A stretch of 64,000 nt of DNA, taken from NCBI GenBank assembly GCA_027064425.1, contig JAMOPO010000052.1, positions 128,001-192,000 on the forward strand, written 5' to 3'. Source of the stretch: Methanobacteriota archaeon. GTDB taxonomy: Archaea; JAADCQ01; Methanopyri; Methanopyrales; Methanopyraceae. The notes beneath the pieces are model-generated. The model had not been told where the DNA came from and made no database searches. It saw only the letters and a program-made list of their open reading frames with translations. Positions 21,405-29,523 of the stretch are shown in pieces; positions within the stretch are counted from its first letter, which is position 1; each line of letters starts with the position of its first letter. The translations under genes were made by a program, and so were the position numbers.

Positions 21405-21723
21405 GCTCCTCGAGCGCCCGGCGCGCGAGCTCCGCCGCCTTCCTGCCCCGGACGGTTAACGCCCCCTCCACCTCCGTGCCGAGCACCGTGGCGCGAATGC
21501 GGGCCTCCACCTCCTCCTCTCGCACCTCACCCTCAACGTCCACGGAGTATCGATCCTTCGCGTCCTTCAGCCTCACCTGGTAGGAGTCACCCTCTAGCTC
21601 GACGTCGATCTCCGCATTCTTGACGACGTCGACGACGGCCACCACCGACTGCTCCAGCACCTGCATCGCGAGCCGCATGACGTTCTCCGGCGTCATGTAC
21701 TTCTTCACCAGCTTGTCGAGCAA
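21391..21723 (-). CDS. Hypothetical protein
   Basis: TTG after GGGGG; acidic, host-like composition (LDKLVKKYMTPENVM...). Confidence 0.6.
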   Translation of the reverse strand: MLDKLVKKYMTPENVMRLAMQVLEQSVVAVVDVVKNAEIDVELEGDSYQVRLKDAKDRYSVDVEGEVREEEVEARIRATVLGTEVEGALTVRGRKAAELARRALEELSGG

Positions 21724-21748
21724 GGCGGTGCCCCCGGTGGTGGTACCC

Positions 21749-22621
21749 ATGTCCGGCGAGCGCCGGGAGTACCGGCTGATCCCGGTGAGGGATAAGTACT
21801 GGCGGGTAGGCTCCGGGGCGTTGAAAAACGCGTTGACGGCGCTCGAGGGGGTTGAGCTGCGGGACGGGGACGTGCTGCTGGTCTCCGAGAAGGCGGTGGC
21901 CGTGGCCGAGGGAGAGCTCATCGACGAGCGCGAGTACGAGCCCGGTCCCCTGGCCAAGCTGCTGGTGACCCTGTGGATGAGGATCGTCTGGGGGCGGATA
22001 CTGGGGCCGCTGCTGGGACCGCTGATGGATCCGCCGCTGCGCGAGGAGACCATCCGGAACTTTCGACGCTATCCGAAGCGGGAGGGAGCGATGCACAAGC
22101 AGATGATCCTTGAGGAGTTCGGCCTGCTTCACGCGCTGGAGCCGGTATCGGAGGCCGGCTGCGACGTGGGGAACGTCCCGGGGTACTTCGCCGCGCCCGT
22201 CCCGGCCTCGGCCGACCGGTTCGCGCGACGCTTGAGGGAGCGGCTGCGCGAGGACCGCGGGGTGGACGTGTCCGTCGTCGTGGGAGACACCGACAAGACG
22301 TACGAGCTCTTCGGTGTACTCTTCACGACGATCGCTCGGGCGCACCCGGAGATAATCTCCGGGACGGGCGTCCTAGGGTTCCTAATCGGCCGACTCCTGG
22401 CGCGAACCCTGGGCCCGACGCCCGTCGCCATCGCGGGCGACGTGGAGGTCCGGGAGGCGATTCGGCTCCTGAAAGAGGCCGAGCGGGTCCGGACGAAGGG
22501 GGCGGGGCGCACGGTCTACGACGCGCTGGACGAGGTGGGCGACCCGGGGCGCCTCGACGAGGACTTCCTGAACAGGTTCGAGCACGTGCCGATCGTGGTG
22601 GCTCGCCCCGTCAGCCGGTGA
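21749..22621 (+). CDS. Coenzyme F420:L-glutamate ligase (CofE)-related protein
   Basis: GDVLLVSEKAVAVAEG, AGCDVGNVPG, VVVGDTD, P(I/V)VV motifs. Confidence 0.75.
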   Translation: MSGERREYRLIPVRDKYWRVGSGALKNALTALEGVELRDGDVLLVSEKAVAVAEGELIDEREYEPGPLAKLLVTLWMRIVWGRILGPLLGPLMDPPLREETIRNFRRYPKREGAMHKQMILEEFGLLHALEPVSEAGCDVGNVPGYFAAPVPASADRFARRLRERLREDRGVDVSVVVGDTDKTYELFGVLFTTIARAHPEIISGTGVLGFLIGRLLARTLGPTPVAIAGDVEVREAIRLLKEAERVRTKGAGRTVYDALDEVGDPGRLDEDFLNRFEHVPIVVARPVSR

Positions 22622-23201
22622 GCTTCAGCCCGTACTTCTCGATCTTCTCCGCGACCTTCCGTGCCGCCTTCTCCGGCTCGTCCTCGGTCTTCGCGCCCGT
22701 GCACACGGCCTTACCCGAGTAGAACAGGAGCATCGCCACGTCGGGCTCCTTGAGCCGCAGCACCAGGCCGGGGAACTGCTCGGGCTCGTACTCGATGCCC
22801 TCCACGTCCTCGTCCTCCGTGAGCACCTCCGCGATCATGTCCAGGTCCAGCGAGACGTTGAAGTCAATCGAGGCCACGATGTTCTGGATCTCGATCTCGG
22901 GCTCGCCCTCGAACTCGACCCCGCACTTCTTCTCCAGGTCCTCCCGCACCCGCTCCACGCTCTCGTAGATCTGCTCCCTGGTCTTGGCCCCGGTGCAGAC
23001 CATCTTTCCGGACCGGAAGATCAGCACCACGGTGCCGATGTCCTCCAACCGGTAAACGAGGCCCGGGAACTGCTCAGGCTCGTACTCACCCTGCAGGATC
23101 ACGGAGCACTCGTCCAGGTTAACTTCACCCTTCAGATCCACCGAGGCCACGATGTTCTGGATGTCTACCTCGGGCTCGATTTCCTTCGATTCTTCCGCCA
23201 T
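22611..23201 (-). CDS. tbp: TATA-box-binding protein
   Basis: Two repeats of IQNIVAS..YEPEQFPGLV..SGK.VCTGAK. Confidence 0.98.
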   Translation of the reverse strand: MAEESKEIEPEVDIQNIVASVDLKGEVNLDECSVILQGEYEPEQFPGLVYRLEDIGTVVLIFRSGKMVCTGAKTREQIYESVERVREDLEKKCGVEFEGEPEIEIQNIVASIDFNVSLDLDMIAEVLTEDEDVEGIEYEPEQFPGLVLRLKEPDVAMLLFYSGKAVCTGAKTEDEPEKAARKVAEKIEKYGLKLTG

Positions 23202-24156
23202 TGGGAGGGGACCCCCCATCGCATGGTAGTGCCGGGACCGGCTCGCCCTCCAAATACCTCAGCCCCAGCAGGCACAGCCCTCGCGCCTCGAGGTCCTCAC
23301 CCGCGAAGACGGCCACCTCGCCACCCCACAGCTCCGACACCCTCCGTTTTAAAAGTTCGTTTTTAACACCACCGCCCGAGAGCACCAGCAGGTCCGCGTC
23401 GAACCGGGACGCGTTCCTCACGATCGTCTCCGCCACCAGCTCGGTCACCGTCCGCAGCGCGTCCTCCGGCTCCCCCTCGAACTCGGAGAGCACGGGCTTC
23501 AGCAGCCGCTCCTGCTCCGGCGGAACGACGCCTAGACTGCCCTTGACCGGGCCGAACACCGGCTGACCGTCCGCCTCCAACCCCTCCAGCCTCCGCCTCA
23601 GCCCTCCGTCCACCTCGCCCCGGGCCGCGGCCCGCCCGCCCTCGTCGTACTCCTCCCCCAGCAGCTCCCGGGCCGCCAGATCGATGGGAAAGGTGCCGGG
23701 GCACACGACCGCCTTCCCGAAGTCCGGGTCGCCGCCCTCGATCGGCGTCACGACCGCCATCGCGCCCACGTCCACGTGCACGCAGTCCGGGTACTCCTCC
23801 GCCACGCAGTACGGCGCGCCCACGGCGTCACCGTCCGGGGCTCCCCACGGGTCCCCGTACACCGCCAGCGTGGGCACGCCCGTCCGCTCGTGGATCATCG
23901 GTCCCAGGATCAGACCCAGCTCGTCCACGATCGTGCCCACGACGACCAGGTCCGGATCCACCTCCCGGACCCGGCGGACGACCCGGGGGGCGATCTCGCG
24001 GCGCAGCGCGCGCCGGCTCTCCTCGAGCGGGAACACGCACGAGATCTTGCCGAAGACCCCCTCCTCCCGGGCCACGATCTCCCACTCGCCCCGCTCGTTC
24101 ATCAAGCAGTAGTCCGTGCCCGTGTTCCCCAGCTGAACCCCCAGCACCCGGACCAA
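23125..24156 (-). CDS. ASKHA-superfamily kinase, anhydro-N-acetylmuramic acid kinase (AnmK)-like
   Basis: LGVQLGNTGTD, DGDAVGAP, DVGAMA, PG..PID, YDEGG..AARG, SGGGVKN, LEARG resemble AnmK motifs. Confidence 0.7.
   Translation of the reverse strand: MVRVLGVQLGNTGTDYCLMNERGEWEIVAREEGVFGKISCVFPLEESRRALRREIAPRVVRRVREVDPDLVVVGTIVDELGLILGPMIHERTGVPTLAVYGDPWGAPDGDAVGAPYCVAEEYPDCVHVDVGAMAVVTPIEGGDPDFGKAVVCPGTFPIDLAARELLGEEYDEGGRAAARGEVDGGLRRRLEGLEADGQPVFGPVKGSLGVVPPEQERLLKPVLSEFEGEPEDALRTVTELVAETIVRNASRFDADLLVLSGGGVKNELLKRRVSELWGGEVAVFAGEDLEARGLCLLGLRYLEGEPVPALPCDGGSPPNGGRIEGNRARGRHPEHRGLGGSEG
23347..23366 (-). promoter_or_regulatory. Putative BRE/TATA inside the kinase gene, candidate tbp promoter
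   Basis: Minus strand TTAAAAACGAACTTTTAAAA about 146 nt upstream of the tbp start. Confidence 0.45.
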
Positions 24157-24183
24157 GCGCGCCGGCCCCCTTCCCGATGACGA

Positions 24184-24190
24184 TTTAAGA
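24184..24190 (+). promoter_or_regulatory. Putative TATA box for the rpl22 operon
   Basis: TTTAAGA in the divergent intergenic gap about 45 nt upstream of rpl22. Confidence 0.45.
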
Positions 24191-24233
24191 GCAGTGAAAC
24201 CCCGGCCGGGGTCCGGAAACGGGGGCGGATCGC

Positions 24234-24713
24234 TTGACGAGGACGAAGAAGTGGCATTACTCGATTCCACCCGAGGAGCTGGACGAGGACCGCACCGCCA
24301 AGGCCTTCATCCGCGAGCTGAGGATCTCGCCCAAGCACGCCCGCGAGATCTGCCGGGCCATCCGCGGCAAGCCGCTCGACGAGGCCAAGGAGTTCCTGAA
24401 GCGCGTGATCCGGAAGGAGGAGGCGGTGCCCTTCAGGAAGCACAAAAAGAAGGTTCCGCACCGCCGGCAGATCCGGCCGGGATGGGACGCCGGTAGGTTC
24501 CCGCAGAAGGCCGCGCGCGAGATCCTACGGGTCCTGGAGCACGCGGAGGCCAACGCCGAGCAGAAGGGCCTGGACACGGACCGCCTCTACATAAAGCACA
24601 TAGCGGCGCACAAGGGCCGCGTGATCCGCGGCTGGATCCCGCGAGCCTTCGGGCGAGCGACCCCGTTCAACACGCCCACCACGCACATCGAGGTGATCCT
24701 GGAGGAGCGCTAG
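24234..24713 (+). CDS. rpl22: 50S ribosomal protein L22 (uL22)
   Basis: [29 protein letters not shown]. Confidence 0.97.
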   Translation: MTRTKKWHYSIPPEELDEDRTAKAFIRELRISPKHAREICRAIRGKPLDEAKEFLKRVIRKEEAVPFRKHKKKVPHRRQIRPGWDAGRFPQKAAREILRVLEHAEANAEQKGLDTDRLYIKHIAAHKGRVIRGWIPRAFGRATPFNTPTTHIEVILEER

Positions 24714-24727
24714 GGGGAGCCCCCGCC

Positions 24728-25444
24728 ATGGTGATGTACGGTGAGAACGTCCCGGTGCACAAGAAGTTCGTGCAGTACGGCATGCTGAAGACCGAGCTGG
24801 ACGAGTACCTGGAGAAGGAGCTGGATCGCGCCGGTTACGGCGGGATGCGGCTCCAGCGCGTGCCGAACGCGACCAAGATCATCGCGTACGTCGAGCGGCC
24901 GGCCATCGCCATCGGTCGCCGCGGGCGCAACATCCGCCGCATCGAGGAGGAGGTGCAGGAGAAGTTCCCGCTCCTGGGCCGCGTCACGATCGAGGTCAAG
25001 GAGATCCCAGTACCGGAGCTCAACCCACGCGTCGTCGCCCGCCGGCTCGCGTCCGCGATCGAGCGCGGCGTCCACTTCCGTCGTGCGGCCTACGGCGCCC
25101 TGCGTCGCATCATGAACGCGGGTGCCAAGGGCGCGCTCATCAAGCTCTCGGGCAAGCTGATCGGCGCTCGGGCCCGGACGGAGAAGTTCATGGACGGCGT
25201 GGTCAAGTACTGCGGCGAGCCCGGTGACGAGTACATGATCGAGGGCTACGTCCAGGCGATCACCAAGCCGGGAGCCATTGGCGTTACCGTAAAGATCATG
25301 CCACCCGACGTGGAACTGCCGGACGAGATCGAGGTCAAGCCGCCGGAGGAGGTGGAGGACAAGCTGAAGGAGCTCGTCGGCGAAAAGGCCGAGGAGGAGA
25401 GCGAGGAGGAGAAGCCGGAGGAGTCCGAGGAGGGGGAGGAGTAG
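24728..25444 (+). CDS. rps3: 30S ribosomal protein S3 (uS3)
   Basis: RAGYGG, IGRRGRNI KH motif, ERGVHFRRA, SGKL..ARA. Confidence 0.97.
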   Translation: MVMYGENVPVHKKFVQYGMLKTELDEYLEKELDRAGYGGMRLQRVPNATKIIAYVERPAIAIGRRGRNIRRIEEEVQEKFPLLGRVTIEVKEIPVPELNPRVVARRLASAIERGVHFRRAAYGALRRIMNAGAKGALIKLSGKLIGARARTEKFMDGVVKYCGEPGDEYMIEGYVQAITKPGAIGVTVKIMPPDVELPDEIEVKPPEEVEDKLKELVGEKAEEESEEEKPEESEEGEE

Positions 25445-25447
25445 CCC

Positions 25448-25681
25448 ATGGGCAAGTACAAGCTGCACTCGGACGACATCCGCGAGATGTCCCCGGAGGA
25501 GCGGCGCGAGAAGCTCAAGGAGCTTAAGGCGGAGCTGCTCAAGGAGATGACCTCCAAGTCCGTCGCCGGCGTCCCGGAGAATCCCGGGAGGGTAAGAGAA
25601 ATAAAGAAGAACATCGCCAGAATTCTCACGATAGAGCGCGAGGAGGAGCTTAAGAAAATCCGAGAGGCCGAAAAACGCTGA
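25448..25681 (+). CDS. rpl29: 50S ribosomal protein L29 (uL29)
   Basis: IREMS..E..EKL.EL, ENPGRVREIKKNIARILT. Confidence 0.95.
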   Translation: MGKYKLHSDDIREMSPEERREKLKELKAELLKEMTSKSVAGVPENPGRVREIKKNIARILTIEREEELKKIREAEKR

Positions 25682-25699
25682 GGGGAAGGCCCCGGAAAG

Positions 25700-26020
25700 A
25701 TGCAGGACGAAGACGTCTGCCCCGTTTGCGGACTTCCGAAGGAGCTCTGTGTTTGTGAGGAGGTCTCTAAGGAGACCGTTGAGAAGATCAAGATCTACAC
25801 GGAGCAGGTCCGGCCCGGCAAGATCGTCACCATCATCGAGGGCCTCGATGACACGGACGTTGACCTCCAGGAGCTCGCGAGCAAGTTGAAGAAGGAGTGC
25901 GCCTGCGGAGGCACCGCCAAGGAGGGCAAGATCATCCTACAGGGCGATCACCGGAACAAGGTCCGGGAGTACCTGATTAAGAAGGAAGGGTTCCCGGAAG
26001 ACACCATCGAGGTCTCCTAG
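25700..26020 (+). CDS. Translation initiation factor aIF1 (SUI1)
   Basis: CPVCGLPKELCVCE, VTIIEGL, LKKECACGGT, ILQGDHR. Confidence 0.95.
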   Translation: MQDEDVCPVCGLPKELCVCEEVSKETVEKIKIYTEQVRPGKIVTIIEGLDDTDVDLQELASKLKKECACGGTAKEGKIILQGDHRNKVREYLIKKEGFPEDTIEVS

Positions 26021-26745
26021 CCGGCACCGGCCCTGAGCCCGGCGATGAACACCCTCCTACCAGAGACCTCCCGCGGGAACGCCACCCCAACCTTCACCTT
26101 GAACCCCTCTTTCTCCAGGAACTTGCCCCGGATCCGGCACACGGTCAGCTGGTGACGCACCGAGTCTTCGGCCCGCTTCAGCTCGCGCTTAAGCCACTCG
26201 TACTCGCTTTCTTCTTTCACGCCGGGCCGCACCCCTAGTTCGTCTATTATCACCCTAGGGCTCGCCCGCCCGTAGCAGCACGGGACCACCAGTGCGACGC
26301 GCGCCCCGAGCTCCCGGGCCAGCTCCAGCATCCGGTCCGTTAGCGTGCCGCAGAGGTGCAGTCCGACCACGACGTCCGCCCGTTTCACGCTGATCCCGAC
26401 GCGGCCCGAGACCACCTCGTGCAGGTCCCACGTCTCGAACCTCAGGTTGCTCACACCCACGGACTCCAGGTACTCCTCCAGGACCGGCCACGACTTGAAC
26501 TCGCGGACGTCGAACCCCAGCACCTCGCACGAGGGACACGACAGGGCCATCGCGGCGGTCAGCGCCCCGCGACCGCACCCGGCGTCCACGATCACGTCTC
26601 CCGGCCTGACCCACGTGCACAGGAGCTCCAGCAGCCTCCCCACCTGCTCCCGCTTACGATGGGCGTCCCGGGCCGAGCTGGGGAACGCCTCTCGAGGCAG
26701 GTACAGCCGCTCCTCCCCGTGGGGGCCACGATACTTGACCTCCAC
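26017..26745 (-). CDS. SAM-dependent methyltransferase (Methyltransf_32/Trm13-like)
   Basis: IVDAGCGRG motif I, VVGLHLCGTLTD and PCCY motifs. Confidence 0.8.
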   Translation of the reverse strand: MEVKYRGPHGEERLYLPREAFPSSARDAHRKREQVGRLLELLCTWVRPGDVIVDAGCGRGALTAAMALSCPSCEVLGFDVREFKSWPVLEEYLESVGVSNLRFETWDLHEVVSGRVGISVKRADVVVGLHLCGTLTDRMLELARELGARVALVVPCCYGRASPRVIIDELGVRPGVKEESEYEWLKRELKRAEDSVRHQLTVCRIRGKFLEKEGFKVKVGVAFPREVSGRRVFIAGLRAGAG

Positions 26746-26989
26746 GGCTCACCCCCCGAGGCCCGAGGACCTCCTTGGCAAAAAATTCAGGGTCGTAAGG
26801 GCCCGCTCCCGGCCTCACTACGGCACCCGCGGCAGGATCCTTGGCTTCACCAGGAACTGCCTGGTCTACGGCGACCGCCGGGACCAGAAGCTCCTACCGC
26901 TCGACGGAGTCATCCTCGAGGTGGAAACCGAGGAGGGGAGGATCAGGGTGGAGGGGGACCAGCTACTCCGACTCCTTCGCGATCCTTAG
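26735..26989 (+). CDS. rnp1: Ribonuclease P protein component 1 (Rpp29), divergent
   Basis: EDLLGKKFRVV..S..YGTRGRILGFTRNCL...P.DG.I.E...IRVEG..L pattern; TTG after GGGGG; expected position after aIF1. Confidence 0.65.
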   Translation: MTSTAHPPRPEDLLGKKFRVVRARSRPHYGTRGRILGFTRNCLVYGDRRDQKLLPLDGVILEVETEEGRIRVEGDQLLRLLRDP

Positions 26990-27721
26990 CAGCTCAATGG
27001 GTACTGGCACGACCAGCGTGACGTTCTCCTCCGCGGACACCTCCGAGAGCGTCTGAAGCAGCCGCAGCAGCCCCGGATCCACGCCCAGCTTCTCCGCCGC
27101 CTCCTTCAGGTCCTTAGCGGCCTGGCGCTCGGCCCGGGCCTGGATGATCCTCGCCCGCCGGTCCCGCTCGGCCTCCGCCTGCCGCGCCATCGCCCGCCGC
27201 ATCTCCTCCGGGAGGACGACGTCCCGGATCTCCACGTCCACGATCCTAACGCCCCAGTCCCTCGTCTTCTCGTCGATGATCTCCTTGATCCGCTCGCTCA
27301 GCTCCTCCCGCTTGGCCAGCACGTCGTCCAGCTCCACCTCGCCCAGGACCGATCGAAGGGTCGTCTGGGCCAGGTTGAACACCGCCCCCTCGTAGTCCCC
27401 CACGTTGAGCACCGCGCGGGCCGGGTCGACCACGCGGTAGTAGATCACGGCGTCCACCTTGATCGGCACGTTGTCCCTCGTGATCACCTCCTGCGGCGGG
27501 ATCTCCCGGGTGATGACCCGCAGGTCCACCTTAACCAGCCGGTCGATGACCGGGATGATCAGGTTCAGCCCGGGTGGTCGCGTGCCCACGTACCTGCCCA
27601 ACCGCAAGAGCACGCCGCGCTCGTACTCGTTCAACACCCTCACGGACATGGCCAGCAGGACCAGCGCCGCCCCGAGACCGACCGCCAGCCACTTCCACGG
27701 GATCGTCGCCCACGAGATCAT
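26963..27721 (-). CDS. SPFH/stomatin-like (band 7) membrane protein
   Basis: EYERGV..RLGR, QEVITRDNV, AQTTLRSVLG, AMARQAEAERDRRA. Confidence 0.93.
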   Translation of the reverse strand: MISWATIPWKWLAVGLGAALVLLAMSVRVLNEYERGVLLRLGRYVGTRPPGLNLIIPVIDRLVKVDLRVITREIPPQEVITRDNVPIKVDAVIYYRVVDPARAVLNVGDYEGAVFNLAQTTLRSVLGEVELDDVLAKREELSERIKEIIDEKTRDWGVRIVDVEIRDVVLPEEMRRAMARQAEAERDRRARIIQARAERQAAKDLKEAAEKLGVDPGLLRLLQTLSEVSAEENVTLVVPVPIELLRIAKESE

Positions 27722-28155
27722 CGCTCTTTAACCCCCTCCCGCGAGGGTTCCGCCGGCTCGACCTCGAGCCGGCTCCCCAGCACCCTTCTCACGACGACGC
27801 GGTCACCCTCGCCGAGATCCGCCTCGGACACGGCGTCCCAGACCTCGCCTCGCACCTCCACTCGGAGCGGATCCGAGGACACCACCACTCCCTCCTCACC
27901 GCGCAGCTGGCTCGCGTCCGCGGGGCCGCCCTCCGCCGACCCGGCCCGCCGGCGCCCGACCAGTCCCCAAACCTGCATCACCAAGATCAGCGCGCCAGGC
28001 GGCCCGGTGACCAGGAGGAGCTTGGGATCTCGGAGCCAGCTTCCCAGCCATAGGAGCCCGACTCCCACCGCGGAGACGACCCCGGTGTTGGCCAGGCAGT
28101 CCGCGGCGATCATGGTCCCACCCGAAAGCATGAGGACGTGCGGGAGCCAGTCCAC
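27718..28155 (-). CDS. NfeD-like protein (TM helices plus C-terminal OB-fold), SPFH partner
   Basis: LRGEEGVVV...VEVRGEVWDA....G.RVVV..V.G..LEV. Confidence 0.85.
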   Translation of the reverse strand: MDWLPHVLMLSGGTMIAADCLANTGVVSAVGVGLLWLGSWLRDPKLLLVTGPPGALILVMQVWGLVGRRRAGSAEGGPADASQLRGEEGVVVSSDPLRVEVRGEVWDAVSEADLGEGDRVVVRRVLGSRLEVEPAEPSREGVKER

Positions 28156-28212
28156 GGCCCGGACCCCGCTACCTCTATTTCCACTACGAGCGTGAACCGA
28201 GTGGGGAGCACC

Positions 28213-29523
28213 GTGGACGTCATCGTGGGTGCCGGTCCGGCGGGGCGGACCTGCGCGCTAGTGCTGGGCCGGGCGGGTAGAAAAGTCCTGCTAATTGACC
28301 GGAAGGGTAAGAAGGGGGTCGGTGGGAAGTGCCTCAACGAGGCGTGCATGGTGGTGGGCGCGCTGGTCGAGGTCGCGCGGTTGGTGGCCTGGTCCAGGCT
28401 GGGGATCCCCGGGGTTGAGCTGTCGGTGGACGTGGATTACAGGGAGCTGACGCGCGGGGTGAAAAAGACGCTCGCCAAGATCAGGTCCAAGCTGCTCAGG
28501 GAGGTGCGAGACGCCGGCGTCGAGGTGGTCAGGGGCGAGGTGGATCGGGTCGAGGAGGGTCCGGCGGTTCGGGTGAACGGTGAGCGGCTGGAGGCGGATC
28601 ACGTCCTCCTCGCGACCGGCTCCGTGCCCAAGGTCCCCGACGTGGACGGCGTGGAGCTGGACGACGTGGTGACCTACCGGGAGCTCTTGGACATCGACCT
28701 CCCGGGAGAGGCGTGCGTGGTCGGGGGCGGCCCGACGGCCCTGGAGCTAGCGTTCGTCTTCGCGGCGCTCGGGTCCGAGGTCACCCTGACCTACCGGTCG
28801 CAGCTGCTGCCGGGCTACCCGCGTGAGGTGGTCAAGGAGGCGGTCCGGGACCTGAAGTTGGTCGGCGTCGAGGTGGTGCGCGGGGGCGAGCTGAGGGAGA
28901 TCCGGGAGACGACCAACGGGCTGGAGTGCGAGTTCGAGTGCGGCTTCGTGGTGGCGGACGTCGTGCTGCTGGGCACGGGGCTGCGCCCGAACTCCGAGGT
29001 GGCGGCCAGGTCCGGGATCGAGGTGGGTGAGGATGGGGAGGTCGTGGTTGACGACCGGATGAGGACCTCCATGCCGGGGGTGTACGCGGCGGGCGACGTC
29101 ACCGGCCCTCCCTACCTGGCCCCGGTGGCGAGGTACGAGGGGCTGGTGGCGGCCCTGAACATGCTCGGGCGCGATGCGCGGCGCGAGCACCCCTCAATAC
29201 CTCGGGTCGTGAGACTCTTCCGCGACATCGGGCGCACGGAGGTTAAGGCGGCGTGGGAGGGGCGTCGCGAGGCTCCGGCCGGCGGCTCGGCCTTCTGGCT
29301 GTTCGCCCGCGGGTTTGAGGGGAAGCTGGTGGGGAGAAGGAGAGGCAAGACGTCCGAGCTGTTCACGGTGGGCCCGAACGCGTCGGAGTTCCTCCACTAC
29401 GCCGGCCTCGTGCTGGACGAGAACTCCGGCGGATCGGAGGTCATCGAGGTGCACCCGACGGCCGATCCCGTCATCCACCTGGTGAAGGAGCTCAGGCTGG
29501 AGGACCTAATGAACCGCTCTTAA
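28213..29523 (+). CDS. FAD-dependent pyridine nucleotide-disulfide oxidoreductase (dihydrolipoamide dehydrogenase-like)
   Basis: GAGPAG, GGKCLNEAC (CxxxxC), ATGS, YAAGDV, HPT. Confidence 0.88.
   Translation: MDVIVGAGPAGRTCALVLGRAGRKVLLIDRKGKKGVGGKCLNEACMVVGALVEVARLVAWSRLGIPGVELSVDVDYRELTRGVKKTLAKIRSKLLREVRDAGVEVVRGEVDRVEEGPAVRVNGERLEADHVLLATGSVPKVPDVDGVELDDVVTYRELLDIDLPGEACVVGGGPTALELAFVFAALGSEVTLTYRSQLLPGYPREVVKEAVRDLKLVGVEVVRGGELREIRETTNGLECEFECGFVVADVVLLGTGLRPNSEVAARSGIEVGEDGEVVVDDRMRTSMPGVYAAGDVTGPPYLAPVARYEGLVAALNMLGRDARREHPSIPRVVRLFRDIGRTEVKAAWEGRREAPAGGSAFWLFARGFEGKLVGRRRGKTSELFTVGPNASEFLHYAGLVLDENSGGSEVIEVHPTADPVIHLVKELRLEDLMNRS

Noticed and set aside
22611-23201. Direct DNA repeat within the gene
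   Set aside because: Expected two-fold internal repeat of TBP
26963-28155. SPFH-NfeD pair as a novel system
   Set aside because: Well-known conserved prokaryotic gene pair
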